A DNA stretch of 64,000 nt from Desulfatiglandales bacterium. Its GTDB lineage: Bacteria; Desulfobacterota; DSM-4660; Desulfatiglandales; HGW-15. A program made the translations under genes and the position numbers. The notes under the pieces are model-generated. The model made no database searches, was not told the origin of the DNA, and saw only the letters and a program-made list of their open reading frames with translations. This document shows, one piece after another, positions 51,244 through 60,529 of the stretch. The stretch covers positions 1,600,001 to 1,664,000 of the forward strand of contig CAXXJJ010000004.1 in assembly GCA_963667015.2 (NCBI GenBank), read 5' to 3'. Position 1 is the first letter of the stretch, and each line of letters begins with the position of its first letter.

Positions 51244-52335
51244 TTAGATTTGCATTACACTACATGCGGAAACAGGTTTAATAAGCATTAAATTCTCCAT
51301 GTTTTTTGTCAAGACATTTTGAGATACGCGGTTGACCTCCTTTCTGTATGCACGTTGTTTTTCAAGTTTTTTCTTACGAAGAGAGACTATTTTATCTCTC
51401 AGGCCCTTATGGCACTGATCCGGTGTTACGTAATCAATGCCTGAATGCAAATGCTCTTTGTTATACCATAGAAAATATTCTCTAAAGTATTGAACAGCTT
51501 CATCACGGTCTAAAAAGCAACCGGGATACTGTGGAGCCCTTTTAACCGAGCCAAACATCGACTCTATAAAGGGATTATCATTGGGGGTTCGCGGTCTGGC
51601 AAACAGCTGAGGCATATGATGCTCCTCAAACATTGTCTTAATTGGCCTGGCTTTCATCTGACGGCCTCTGTCATTAATGATCTCCGGACGTTGATCTTCC
51701 GGAAGATCCAGAATGTTTTCATTCATAAGCCCGTCTTCAATGAGTTCTTTGGCTTCTTCAGCCGTTTGATGCCAACTGACCAACCAGGAGATGGCTTTAC
51801 GAGAGTATTCATCTAAAAGTAAATACAGATAAAGAAAAATACCCTTTTCCATGGTTGGCAAATAACTTATATCCCAGCACCATCGCTGATTAGGTCCTGT
51901 AAGTTCTTTACGTACAGGAGGGATTGAACGACCATTATGCCTTTTATTATTACCTCTTATTGTAGCCATATTTTCAGAACGTAAAATGCGATATACAGAA
52001 GAAAAAGAAACAAAGAATATATCCAGATCCCAGGCTGTTACTGCTAATATCCTGTGGGATAGATCTGCATATTCTTCTTTCTTGGCCATGTCCAAAACAG
52101 CTGTTCTCTCTGCAGGCAAAAGCCTGTTAACTTGTTCCTGTGGTCCTGGTTTTAGATTATCAAGGCTATGGCCATTGTCTCTTTTCCAGCGCCACCGGGT
52201 TACTCTGCGACGGTTAATCATCAAAAGTGTACAGGTTCGTTTTACTGAGATTCCAGCATTCTGGGCTTCATCTATAACTGCCAGGATGTTAACCTTCTGT
52301 TCCCGGCTTAGCCACTGGTCTGTTATCTCTCCCAC
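51244..52335 (-). CDS. IS3-like transposase OrfB (rve integrase core)
   Basis: PNQRWCWDISY, LDEYSR, INDRGRQM, RPRTPNDNPFIES.F, WYN.EH.HSGI.YVTP. Confidence 0.9.
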   Translation of the reverse strand: MGEITDQWLSREQKVNILAVIDEAQNAGISVKRTCTLLMINRRRVTRWRWKRDNGHSLDNLKPGPQEQVNRLLPAERTAVLDMAKKEEYADLSHRILAVTAWDLDIFFVSFSSVYRILRSENMATIRGNNKRHNGRSIPPVRKELTGPNQRWCWDISYLPTMEKGIFLYLYLLLDEYSRKAISWLVSWHQTAEEAKELIEDGLMNENILDLPEDQRPEIINDRGRQMKARPIKTMFEEHHMPQLFARPRTPNDNPFIESMFGSVKRAPQYPGCFLDRDEAVQYFREYFLWYNKEHLHSGIDYVTPDQCHKGLRDKIVSLRKKKLEKQRAYRKEVNRVSQNVLTKNMENLMLIKPVSACSVMQI

Positions 52336-52679
52336 GAACCCCCATTCGTTTTTTTTCGTAAGGCCACCAGTTCAACAGAAAGATCCGCCAGAGCACGTTC
52401 TTTCTCTTCAAGCTCACGTTTCAATGCCTCGTAATCTTCCTCGGATACCATCTTCTTCTTTGCTCCGGGACGGGCAGCCAGATGTTCAAGGGCACCTTCT
52501 TTCACTTTATTGCGTATTCGGTTTAAATCTGTGGAATATATCCCTTCACGGCGTAAAATCTCTCCTACGGGTTTATCGCCTCGCTGGGTTTCTAAATATA
52601 TTTGAAACTTTTTCTCAGGGGATAAATATTTTCGTTTCTTTTTTTCGTCAGTATTCTTTTTATCCTTTGAACTACTCAT
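52323..52679 (-). CDS. IS3-like transposase OrfA (HTH plus leucine zipper)
   Basis: SPEKKFQIYLE..., GEILRREGIYS; RBS aaaggag; A-rich slippery run near 52349-52356 at the OrfA/OrfB junction. Confidence 0.85.
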   Translation of the reverse strand: MSSSKDKKNTDEKKKRKYLSPEKKFQIYLETQRGDKPVGEILRREGIYSTDLNRIRNKVKEGALEHLAARPGAKKKMVSEEDYEALKRELEEKERALADLSVELVALRKKTNGGSWER

Positions 52680-52912
52680 GGTATACTCCTTTCGATTTCG
52701 CGCGGGATGGGCTAACTCCATCACAGAACTCCGCTGCTAATAGCACTTCTTCCTTTTCCGGACAAATCGGCAGGTATACGGGTGTTACGACCAAAGCGAA
52801 TCCATCATTTTTTCTCATGCTCTGACACCCTGACACCACGAGCAAAATGATTATGATAAATAAAAATTGAGTTTTCATCTCTATTCCTCCTGACCCGCTA
52901 AAAATATTATTA

Positions 52913-53166
52913 AACAGATTTCAACCTGCGAAAGGTTATCAACTTTTTTTTGACTGAAGATGAATAGAATTATTTAAAGAATTTACTCATTCCCACGGCC
53001 ACCTTGGGAACGCCTGTTTTGATGCTCTGCGCCGCGTTGCCAACCTTTTTATACATCAAAGGTTTGATCCTGCTTACAATATTATGCTACCTTCCCAATC
53101 CCAATATCAGGCTTACCCTTTAATGAATGTACCCGCTTTTCATCATAAACTTTAAAACTTAACAGC
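52913..53166. repeat. Imperfect direct repeat, copy 2
   Basis: See 45858-46131. Confidence 0.85.
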
Positions 53167-53597
53167 GTTACCCTTTTGTCATTAAAAGCCACCAGGAATG
53201 TCGTTTACACAGGAGCAGAATATTTTATAAAGGCATAATCAGAAGAGCCACAGTAATCCCTTTTCTTTTTTGATGGATATTTGAAATGATTTATGATTAA
53301 ATTTTCAAATATGGTATTGAAGTTGAATATTCGTCTCAAACTCCAGCTCTAATTTTTCCTCAACATCTGAGTTTTTCTACATCACACAGAAATACAATCT
53401 CACTCAATGATCACACTCAATCAACTACCTTTATTAAATAACTAAGAATTCATTTACTGCCTTTCCGAGCATAATTAACTTTGTTTTATTCTTTTTAGGA
53501 ATTTTTAATCGAAGCTTTATAAAGATTCATTTTATATGACTATATACAATGATAGATGCCTTATTCTTTCAATATATAATCTAACAGGAGGAAGGCA

Positions 53598-53903
53598 ATG
53601 CATATCCCGGAAATTAATGATAAAGAAAAAAAGTCTCTTGCACGTTCAGTCTCAATCTATGCCGGTATTAATATAGAGGCCGCGGATAAAGCAGTCGATT
53701 TCGTCTTTCAATATCTCAAAATGTTAACTGAACCATTTTCATATAATGTTGTACTGCCTATTAACGAAAAAAAGCTTAATAAAAGTATCATTCCGCCACC
53801 CATGAAGATAGGCAGCAAAGAAACGATTCTTTCACCACCATCTATTAGGAGACGTAATCATGCCAAATATAGCAGATATAATAGAACGAAGAAATTCTTT
53901 TAG
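53598..53903 (+). CDS. Hypothetical protein
   Basis: RBS aggagg before ATG; no recognised motif. Confidence 0.5.
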   Translation: MHIPEINDKEKKSLARSVSIYAGINIEAADKAVDFVFQYLKMLTEPFSYNVVLPINEKKLNKSIIPPPMKIGSKETILSPPSIRRRNHAKYSRYNRTKKFF

Positions 53904-54255
53904 TGACCGATTAAGTTCTCAGGTTCGCTTCATTTCTATTGGTATTTTAGCTACTACCTGGGGGTTTCTGGTTGGCACGACTTCAGTTGCAATTAGCAAT
54001 GAAATCAAAGAAGGGCTGATAATAGCAGCCCTTCTATCAATAACTTCATTGTTTTTTGATTTCTTACAATATTTTTTTGGATATCAGAATATAGTAAAAC
54101 TTCTGAAAGAAATGGAAGCTACTAATTCCCAAAACGAGAATTACAAATGCGACATCTTATATAAATTAAGTAATTTTCTTTTTTGGGTCAAACAATTTTT
54201 CATGGCAAATAGTGTAATATTATTTGTCATCTTTGCTGCCTTAACGGTTGTTTAG
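53860..54255 (+). CDS. Three-TM hypothetical membrane protein
   Basis: RBS aggag; hydrophobic segments; DFLQY and FW.KQ motifs. Confidence 0.65.
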   Translation: MPNIADIIERRNSFSDRLSSQVRFISIGILATTWGFLVGTTSVAISNEIKEGLIIAALLSITSLFFDFLQYFFGYQNIVKLLKEMEATNSQNENYKCDILYKLSNFLFWVKQFFMANSVILFVIFAALTVV

Positions 54256-54299
54256 TTTTTTTGACTTTGGGATATTGAAAGCTTTGTTGGTGCTGTCGA

Positions 54300-54740
54300 T
54301 TTATTGATTTCTATCAATTTAGAAAACCGTGCGTAAATTGGATGCTCTTTTTGGCGGGGTTCGATTAGCTATTGCCTCTGGTAATGGTACCTCTTCTATA
54401 GGGTCTCGGCTCTGCTAGCCTCTTATCCAATATATTTGAGGACTGTGGAACAGATACTGATAACGCTTTATTTATTAGTTGGTTTTGCACTTCAAGTTGC
54501 GCGCGGTTAACCGGTACTTGCGTAGCTTTTTCAAGAAGATCTTCCAGCATGTCTCTATCGACAAATCGGTTTTTTTGTAGCTTTATGCAAAAGGGTCATA
54601 AAAATGTTGTTAAGGCAACCATCAACTTGAGAGTTGATTTGATAAACATCCCCACCTAATGCATCGATTGCTTCTCGACATGTTGTCGCCTTTTGGGATT
54701 GTTGTTTTATCCAAAGTTCCTACCAATATAATGAAAATAC
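54300..54740 (-). pseudogene. Degraded gene fragment
   Basis: Coding-like text (ELWIKQQSQKATTCREAIDALGG.. then RFVDRDMLEDLLEKATQVP..) broken by stops and frameshifts; no proper start. Confidence 0.4.
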
Positions 54741-54744
54741 GAAA

Positions 54745-55584
54745 TTAATATAGCAAGTCATTAACACTTTCAAATTCTTCTGAAAGTAGATACATAATAT
54801 TATAAATTCTATTTGCAGTTATATATCCATCGTTTTTATAGAAATTTGTGGAAATAGCAATTAGCTTTGATTTACTTACTAACCATGGAACGTTTACTGG
54901 AGTTGTATTCAGATTCGAACGCCAAATACCTCCACCACTCATACCATATGGTGCAGGTAACTTCATATTTTTTTCAGTAAATGTGTCTGGTGCAAAAAGG
55001 GGGTAATCCATTTTAATTATTACTGGAGAGTTTGATTTTTTACACCAATCAATATCATCTTCAATTCCAGCGATGTAAGCGAAAGACATAAATCTTTCAT
55101 GTTTCTCTAATGGTGTATCATGTAAAACTTCAGGAAAACCAAAAAAGAAAGAAAGGTCTGTATCGAGATTATTAGGGAAAGGCTCAAAATCTGATAGAGT
55201 AAGAAATGTTTTATTATCGAATATTTCGATACAATTATCAGGTAATTTCATATATGCAACATCTAAATCCTCACCATCTGATCCGCCCCATAAACGTAAT
55301 TCTGTTGGTGTAACTAGAATATCAGAAGGTTTAAATGTGCCAATTATATGAATATTCTTAATATTATGATTTTTAACAACATGCGCTGCAGTAATAATTA
55401 TATATGTATCTTCTATATAGCATAAAATACCAGTACCATGATCAATGATTTCAGAATCTTCAACAATTGTAATTACTACAGAGTAATTATTTAGATAAGG
55501 AATTAGGACATTGCTAACAGATTTAGCAATTGCCCTCTTTTCTTCGATAGAAATATTTAAAGCAATTTTATTTTTACTATCCAT
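54745..55584 (-). CDS. Trypsin-like serine protease domain protein, cytoplasmic, AT-rich
   Basis: GTG, ITAAHV (His), DLDVA (Asp), GMSGGGIW (Ser); no signal peptide. Confidence 0.8.
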   Translation of the reverse strand: MDSKNKIALNISIEEKRAIAKSVSNVLIPYLNNYSVVITIVEDSEIIDHGTGILCYIEDTYIIITAAHVVKNHNIKNIHIIGTFKPSDILVTPTELRLWGGSDGEDLDVAYMKLPDNCIEIFDNKTFLTLSDFEPFPNNLDTDLSFFFGFPEVLHDTPLEKHERFMSFAYIAGIEDDIDWCKKSNSPVIIKMDYPLFAPDTFTEKNMKLPAPYGMSGGGIWRSNLNTTPVNVPWLVSKSKLIAISTNFYKNDGYITANRIYNIMYLLSEEFESVNDLLY

Positions 55585-56039
55585 AAAAGAAATGCCTTAT
55601 TTGGTATAAGAGGAGTTACTCAATAAAGGTTTATCAATTCTTGCCTCTTGTATAAAAATGATGGAGGCAAACCTGGACTCTTGACAGTACCCTAAAACTA
55701 TAAATTAAAAACAAATGGATTCTCCGGCCTGTCCCGTCATAGCCTTGAACGACGGCGGATTAGATGGAGAATGACGACAAAAAACTATTCACAAATTTTA
55801 TATGATGATGCGATATAAAAATCTTGATTCAATATTCCCTGTACACAACACTGGATCTTCGACAAGATTCAAAATTCAATATTTTAAATAAAACGATAAG
55901 ACTTGTAATGCAGCAAATCATTATACCCGATAAGATACAATGTGTTAGGTTTAAGACTTTTTCACAAGAAATTCAAGGTTTATTGCTAGATTGATAGACT
56001 GAAGGCTGTTAGAAAAGGATAGAATTTCTATAAACAGGA

Positions 56040-56360
56040 TCAATTCATCTCCTCAAAGCTTTCAACAAAATGTTTTCTGACCTGTTGATTACCAACAAGG
56101 TTGGAAAGTAATCTATAGTTGTCTTTCTCAAAACGTATTCTCCCTGCAATTATAGCCGGATGAATCTTTAATTTTTCGGCAAGCTCACATACCTCTTCGT
56201 TAGTTGCTTTTTCAGAAATTGGGTTTTTATCCCAGATTCGTTTTGGAATAAGGCCATTGGCAGTCATTTCATCAGCCTCTTTTTCCATCCTGCCTTAAGT
56301 ATCAATCTTCTTTCCTGCACAATCAAGATCATCAATAATGAATCCACTGGAAGAAGACAG
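56040..56360 (-). pseudogene. C-terminal remnant of an ImmA/IrrE-metallopeptidase-type HTH (HigA-like) protein
   Basis: EKEADEM.ANGLIP..W...LAEKLKIHPAIIAGRIRFE..NY..L; 5' part missing, ending near a partial REP (gtagagac at about 56372). Confidence 0.65.
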
Positions 56361-56713
56361 GTTTTAATTGTGTAGAGACAGCATTTACATAAAAATATCC
56401 TTTAGTAAAATCACCCCTAATCTACTTTACTCATGAGTAAAATCGTGTTGAGAATGGGAACATAATGACACTTTGATGGTGGATCAGTGGAAAAAGGCTT
56501 TATTGACAATACTATAACGCATACTTATCTTTTAAGAAATCTAAAGTTAAACCGATATTGAAACAGATTGTAAATTATGGACAAATCATCAAATAAAAAA
56601 CTTTAGCTGTCCCTCTTCGTATGCATCCTTTTCATATTACAGGTTTTCCTGTATGAAATTGATACCTGTTCCTCCTGAAGTACAGCCTGTTTTAAGGAGA
56701 ATTCTTTAAATAT

Positions 56714-56834
56714 GAACGCCCAACATCGAACGTCCAACTTTCAACTTCCAATGAAAAAGCAAAAGCCAAGAAAAGACAATGTATTTTGCCTTTCATTGAA
56801 CGTTGGATGTTGAGTGTTGAACCTTGGAAGTTCA
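56714..56834. repeat. Inverted arrays of heptamer repeats forming a long hairpin
   Basis: gaacgcc caacatc gaacgtc caacttt caacttc / cgttgga tgttgag tgttgaa ccttgga agttc. Confidence 0.7.
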
Positions 56835-56922
56835 TCTTTTCTACAAACGTTATACTTAATTCAATAGCATTTTAGGCATAAAACCCCACCCTGCATCGAT
56901 CTGTCATTTCGGCATGGACTAG

Positions 56923-56952
56923 TGTAAGGGCACGGCGCGCCGTGCCCCTACG
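56923..56952. repeat. REP palindrome
   Basis: gtaagggcacggcgcgccgtgcccctacg. Confidence 0.7.
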
Positions 56953-57332
56953 GTAAAAATTTACAACACCTGATATTAGGAGAGCGATATGAAATCAAAT
57001 AATCCAGGTACAACATTAAAGAGGTTTTATAACCGCATAAACGGTTTGAAAACAGAATACAACCTGACTCCCTATTATGAAAAAATAATCGAAATAAAAA
57101 AACATGAAGTCAAATTCAATATACAGACAGATAGATATCTGAAGGACACCGCAAAAAAACTGTGTGACCTTGCAGCAATGAACTGTTCTTTCGATCAACC
57201 CCCTTTGAAAACATGTTTGCCACAAATCTTGCCACTTCTATGGCGCTTTCAACAGGTTTTACATACTTCTGGCTCTGGCCGTTTCTGGTGATATTTTACC
57301 TGGTTAGATGGATATATAAAAAAAAGAAATAA

Positions 57333-57378
57333 ATTGTATTGACACATTAATACAATTGTATTATCTTCTTAATACAAT
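57333..57378 (+). promoter_or_regulatory. Promoter with two tandem YtrA-type GntR operators
   Basis: ATTGTATT-N8-AATACAAT twice at 22-bp spacing; TTGACA 57339, 17 nt, TATCTT 57362. Confidence 0.8.
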
Positions 57379-57403
57379 TTATCACTTAAAGGAATCAAAA
57401 GAG

Positions 57404-57811
57404 ATGCGAATACATATCTCAACAAAAGACGGCATACCGATTTACCAGCAGATTATCACACAGATAAAGCACATGGTTGCATCAGGAAGGCTGAAACCAG
57501 GAGAGATCATGCCGCCCATCAGGGTCATGGCAGAACAGCTGCTTGTTAACCCGAACACCGTTGCCAGGGCCTACAAGGAACTGGAAGCCGCAGGAATATT
57601 CACATCCCGGCAGGGATCCGGGACCCGTGTTGCAGAGAAAGGATCACCGCTTGAGTATTCGGAACGTTTACAGGTGATAGACAAACTTGTTGAGGGATTG
57701 CTGGTTGAGGCAGATCAACTGGATTTTTCAGTAGAAGATATTATTGAAATTATAAGACAAAAAAATAAAACCTTTGGAACTTCCGAAAGGAGGAACAACA
57801 AAAATGACTGA
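57404..57811 (+). CDS. GntR family regulator, YtrA subfamily
   Basis: PIYQQI, MPPIRVMA..L.VNPNTVARAY.ELE, RQGSGT. Confidence 0.93.
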   Translation: MRIHISTKDGIPIYQQIITQIKHMVASGRLKPGEIMPPIRVMAEQLLVNPNTVARAYKELEAAGIFTSRQGSGTRVAEKGSPLEYSERLQVIDKLVEGLLVEADQLDFSVEDIIEIIRQKNKTFGTSERRNNKND

Positions 57812-58730
57812 TTCTGATTTCGGATTAAACAAACTGCCTGTTGAAGTAAAGGGACTTACAAGAAATTTTGGTAAAAAAACAGCACTGGACAACGTAGACC
57901 TTCCTGTTTCCAGTGGAAGAGTCCTGGGGCTTGTCGGTGAAAATGGCGCAGGTAAAACCACACTCATTAAACATCTAATGGGCCAGCTCAAAGCTCAGCA
58001 GGGTACTGTTCGAATATTTGGTATAGATCCGGTCAAAGATCCGGTTATGGCTCTAAGCCGAATCGGCTACCTTTCAGAAGAGCGGGATTTACCACATTGG
58101 ATGAGAGTTGATGAGCTCATGAATTACACCAGGGCATTTTACCCTTGTTGGGATTCTTCATATGCTGAAGAATTACGCCGAATATTCAAGCTTGATGGAT
58201 CATCCAAAGTAAAACAGCTTTCCATGGGACAGAAGGCACGTGCAGCATTAATTACTGCATTGGCCTATCGCCCTTCCTTGTTACTCCTTGATGAACCTTC
58301 CTCCGGACTTGATCCGGTAGTAAGGCGGGATATCCTTGGAGCTATCATTCGAACAGTTGCTGATGAAGGCCGCACAGTTTTGTTCTCTTCACATCTTCTT
58401 GAAGAAGTGGAACGGGTAGCTGATGATGTTGCAATGATTCATAATGGAAAGATCGTCATGCATGATTCTCTTGAAAATATCAGGGCAAGCCATCATTTTG
58501 TGACTTTACGCCTCCGGGAACCTGTTAAAGAACCCCCTCATTTTCCGGGAGTATTATCTATTGAAGGTGATGGAGATGAATGGACCATTCTCTGTAACGG
58601 TGATTTCACAAAATTACGTGAAGAAGCAAAAGCCATGGGCTGCGAAATATTTAAAGAAACACCGCCTTCACTAGAAGACATCTTTGTGGCCCGTGTTGGA
58701 GTTGACAGGGCATCACTAAGGGAGGATTAA
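57804..58730 (+). CDS. ABC transporter ATP-binding protein (YtrB-like)
   Basis: GENGAGKTT, LSMGQ, LLLDEPSSGLDP, SSH; RBS aaggagg. Confidence 0.95.
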   Translation: MTDSDFGLNKLPVEVKGLTRNFGKKTALDNVDLPVSSGRVLGLVGENGAGKTTLIKHLMGQLKAQQGTVRIFGIDPVKDPVMALSRIGYLSEERDLPHWMRVDELMNYTRAFYPCWDSSYAEELRRIFKLDGSSKVKQLSMGQKARAALITALAYRPSLLLLDEPSSGLDPVVRRDILGAIIRTVADEGRTVLFSSHLLEEVERVADDVAMIHNGKIVMHDSLENIRASHHFVTLRLREPVKEPPHFPGVLSIEGDGDEWTILCNGDFTKLREEAKAMGCEIFKETPPSLEDIFVARVGVDRASLRED

Positions 58731-58732
58731 TA

Positions 58733-60283
58733 ATGTATTCTAAAGTAATGATGCTTTTATGGGAACGCTGGCACCGAACCCGCTGGGTTGTGACAGGATT
58801 TTGTCTTTTGGTACTCACCGGATTGATATCATCTGTACCGGAATACAGTTCTCTCGGTGATGGTTTAAAGAATTTATATTTTCTTTTAGGATTTATAATA
58901 TTACTGATTGTATTACTCGTTGGTCAGTGTGAAGCAAGGAACCTGGATCTTGCGTTTCCCCAGCGGCTATTTCGATTTCCTGTCAACACTGCTACTCTTT
59001 TCACCATTTACATGGGTTATGGTATTGTCGCTTTAACGCTGCCGTTTCTGCTGCACTATGTTATTGGAAATCTGCTTTTCGGTCAGGTTCCTTTCCTTCT
59101 TACTCCTTTTCTACTTGTAGAAACAGCCTACATTGCCATACAAACATTATCCTGGCTGGGTGGGCCTGCACGCTTTTTGTATGCTGCGTTATCGATTATC
59201 TTTATCTACATATCGTATAAGATCCTGGCAATATTTAATCAAAATATTGGGAATAATATCCTGTGCGTAATAATCATTATTTTTTGCTGTGGAATCTCCT
59301 TCTGGAGTGTTTCGCAATATCGCCATGGCGCATGGTTAAACAGCTGGCAATGGGTAACATCCTTCCTTGATATTTTTCGAAATAGAATTTCCAAGGATTT
59401 TTCATCACCTCTGCAGGCTCAGATATGGTTCGAATTGAGACGAACAGGTAACTTTTTTCAGGTAGTGATGCTGTGCTTTATGAGTCCTTTTTTAGGTTAT
59501 GTAATTTTCCACCTTGTAAAGGGATTACCGCCATCAGCGAAATTATCGATCATTGTTCAGCCTCTGTTCTGGTGTACACTTCCGGCGTCCTGGCTGGCAG
59601 GAATGCTAGTCTTTGCAGTTAATTATCGTGACAAATCTTCCGGTGCGTCGATTTTCTGGCTGCGGCGTCCGATGGAAACACGAACCCTTGCGCTTGCACG
59701 GCTTTATGTCACTATAAGAAGTGCTGTCCAGGCGATTGCCATCTTTTTGGTGTTTGCCCTGGCATTAACAGTACATGATTTAGTAACAGGAGCGTTGGAT
59801 ATATCTGCGATATCGACCGTGTTAGTGCAGGGATCCCTTTATTCGTTCAAAGTTTTCGGCAGGATTGCCTTTGTCATATTCGGCCTTTCTGCCATCTGCT
59901 GGACAATATTCCGACAGCCAATAGCCGCGATTTTTACCTTCCTTGTCTATGCAATTATCACTCTGATAATTGGAAAAGAATCCCCTGCATGGTCATATAT
60001 TGGAAATGCCTTAATATTACTTCCTGTATTTGTGATAGGATCTTTTGTTGTTGCATTACGCAAAAACCTCATTTCAAAATTTGATCTGCTGATTGCCGTT
60101 ATTGTATTTTCTGTTGTAGTAATTTCATTCCTGGCTATTTCTCCGTGGTCGGGATCAGGACAAAATATTGGATTGATGAATTTGAATCAGTGGCAACTTA
60201 TCAGACTGCTCAGTGCTGCCACATTGCCGTTCATACCGGTGGTTGTTACACCTTTATGGATAGAAAGATTGAGGCATCGTTAG
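58733..60283 (+). CDS. ABC permease with two tandem ABC-2-like membrane units
   Basis: About 12 TMs; LWERW..LFRFPV and IWFELRR..WLRRPM repeated motifs. Confidence 0.7.
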   Translation: MYSKVMMLLWERWHRTRWVVTGFCLLVLTGLISSVPEYSSLGDGLKNLYFLLGFIILLIVLLVGQCEARNLDLAFPQRLFRFPVNTATLFTIYMGYGIVALTLPFLLHYVIGNLLFGQVPFLLTPFLLVETAYIAIQTLSWLGGPARFLYAALSIIFIYISYKILAIFNQNIGNNILCVIIIIFCCGISFWSVSQYRHGAWLNSWQWVTSFLDIFRNRISKDFSSPLQAQIWFELRRTGNFFQVVMLCFMSPFLGYVIFHLVKGLPPSAKLSIIVQPLFWCTLPASWLAGMLVFAVNYRDKSSGASIFWLRRPMETRTLALARLYVTIRSAVQAIAIFLVFALALTVHDLVTGALDISAISTVLVQGSLYSFKVFGRIAFVIFGLSAICWTIFRQPIAAIFTFLVYAIITLIIGKESPAWSYIGNALILLPVFVIGSFVVALRKNLISKFDLLIAVIVFSVVVISFLAISPWSGSGQNIGLMNLNQWQLIRLLSAATLPFIPVVVTPLWIERLRHR

Positions 60284-60322
60284 AGGCCTAAGTATAATTA
60301 TTCAAATAAACAGGAGAAATCA

Positions 60323-60487
60323 ATGTCAGCAAAATCAGAAGTTACAAGATCAGGTATCACATTTGGATCAGCACTTGCTATCACCATTTCATGGTCAATG
60401 AATAAATCAATCCTGTGGGCTATAATTCACGGGCTGTTTTCATGGTTTTATGTGATTTATTATTTTCTCAAATACCACCCCAGATAA
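60323..60487 (+). CDS. Small conserved membrane protein (54 aa), absent from the supplied ORF track
   Basis: RBS aggag; MSAKSEVTRSGITFGSALAITISWSMNKSILWAIIHGLFSWFYVIYYFLKYHPR. Confidence 0.8.
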   Translation: MSAKSEVTRSGITFGSALAITISWSMNKSILWAIIHGLFSWFYVIYYFLKYHPR

Positions 60488-60503
60488 AAACATCAGTCAT
60501 CCC

Positions 60504-60529
60504 CTCGTTCCCACGGAGACCGTGGGAAC
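60504..60529. repeat. REP-like palindrome (CTCGTTCCCAC type)
   Basis: ctcgttcccacgg-aga-ccgtgggaac; related hairpins at about 41957, 45946 and 52986. Confidence 0.65.

Larger units (their letters stand above)
51217..52719 (-). mobile_element. IS3-like two-ORF insertion sequence bounded by a 5-bp direct repeat
   Basis: ATCAC at 51212-51216 and 52720-52724; no clear TIRs. Confidence 0.8.
50867..52878 (-). pseudogene. Lipoprotein with an FlgC-like (flagellar basal-body rod) segment, interrupted by the IS3-like element (pieces 52878-52720 and 51211-50867)
   Basis: Lipobox VSGC; NMANVNTT..TGGPYRRR and FDPGHPDADSDGYIFYPNV; removing the IS rejoins the halves in frame (AAEFCD-FLKNR), 167 aa. Confidence 0.75.

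Noticed and set aside
51235..52725. TGT..ACA (IS481-like) boundaries for the IS3-like element
   Set aside because: These give no target duplication and do not restore the target reading frame, whereas the ATCAC-defined ends do
51986..52825. 279-aa plus-strand ORF across the IS3-like element
   Set aside because: Antisense shadow of the transposase; no RBS or domain features
43423..56288. Integron cassette array, suggested by many short co-oriented orphan genes
   Set aside because: No integrase in the window, and I could not find RYYYAAC..GTTRRRY attC structures after the genes
56989..57291. 100-aa ORF before the second GntR gene
   Set aside because: It has an RBS but no recognisable domain and looks like a mosaic relic; not supportable as a gene
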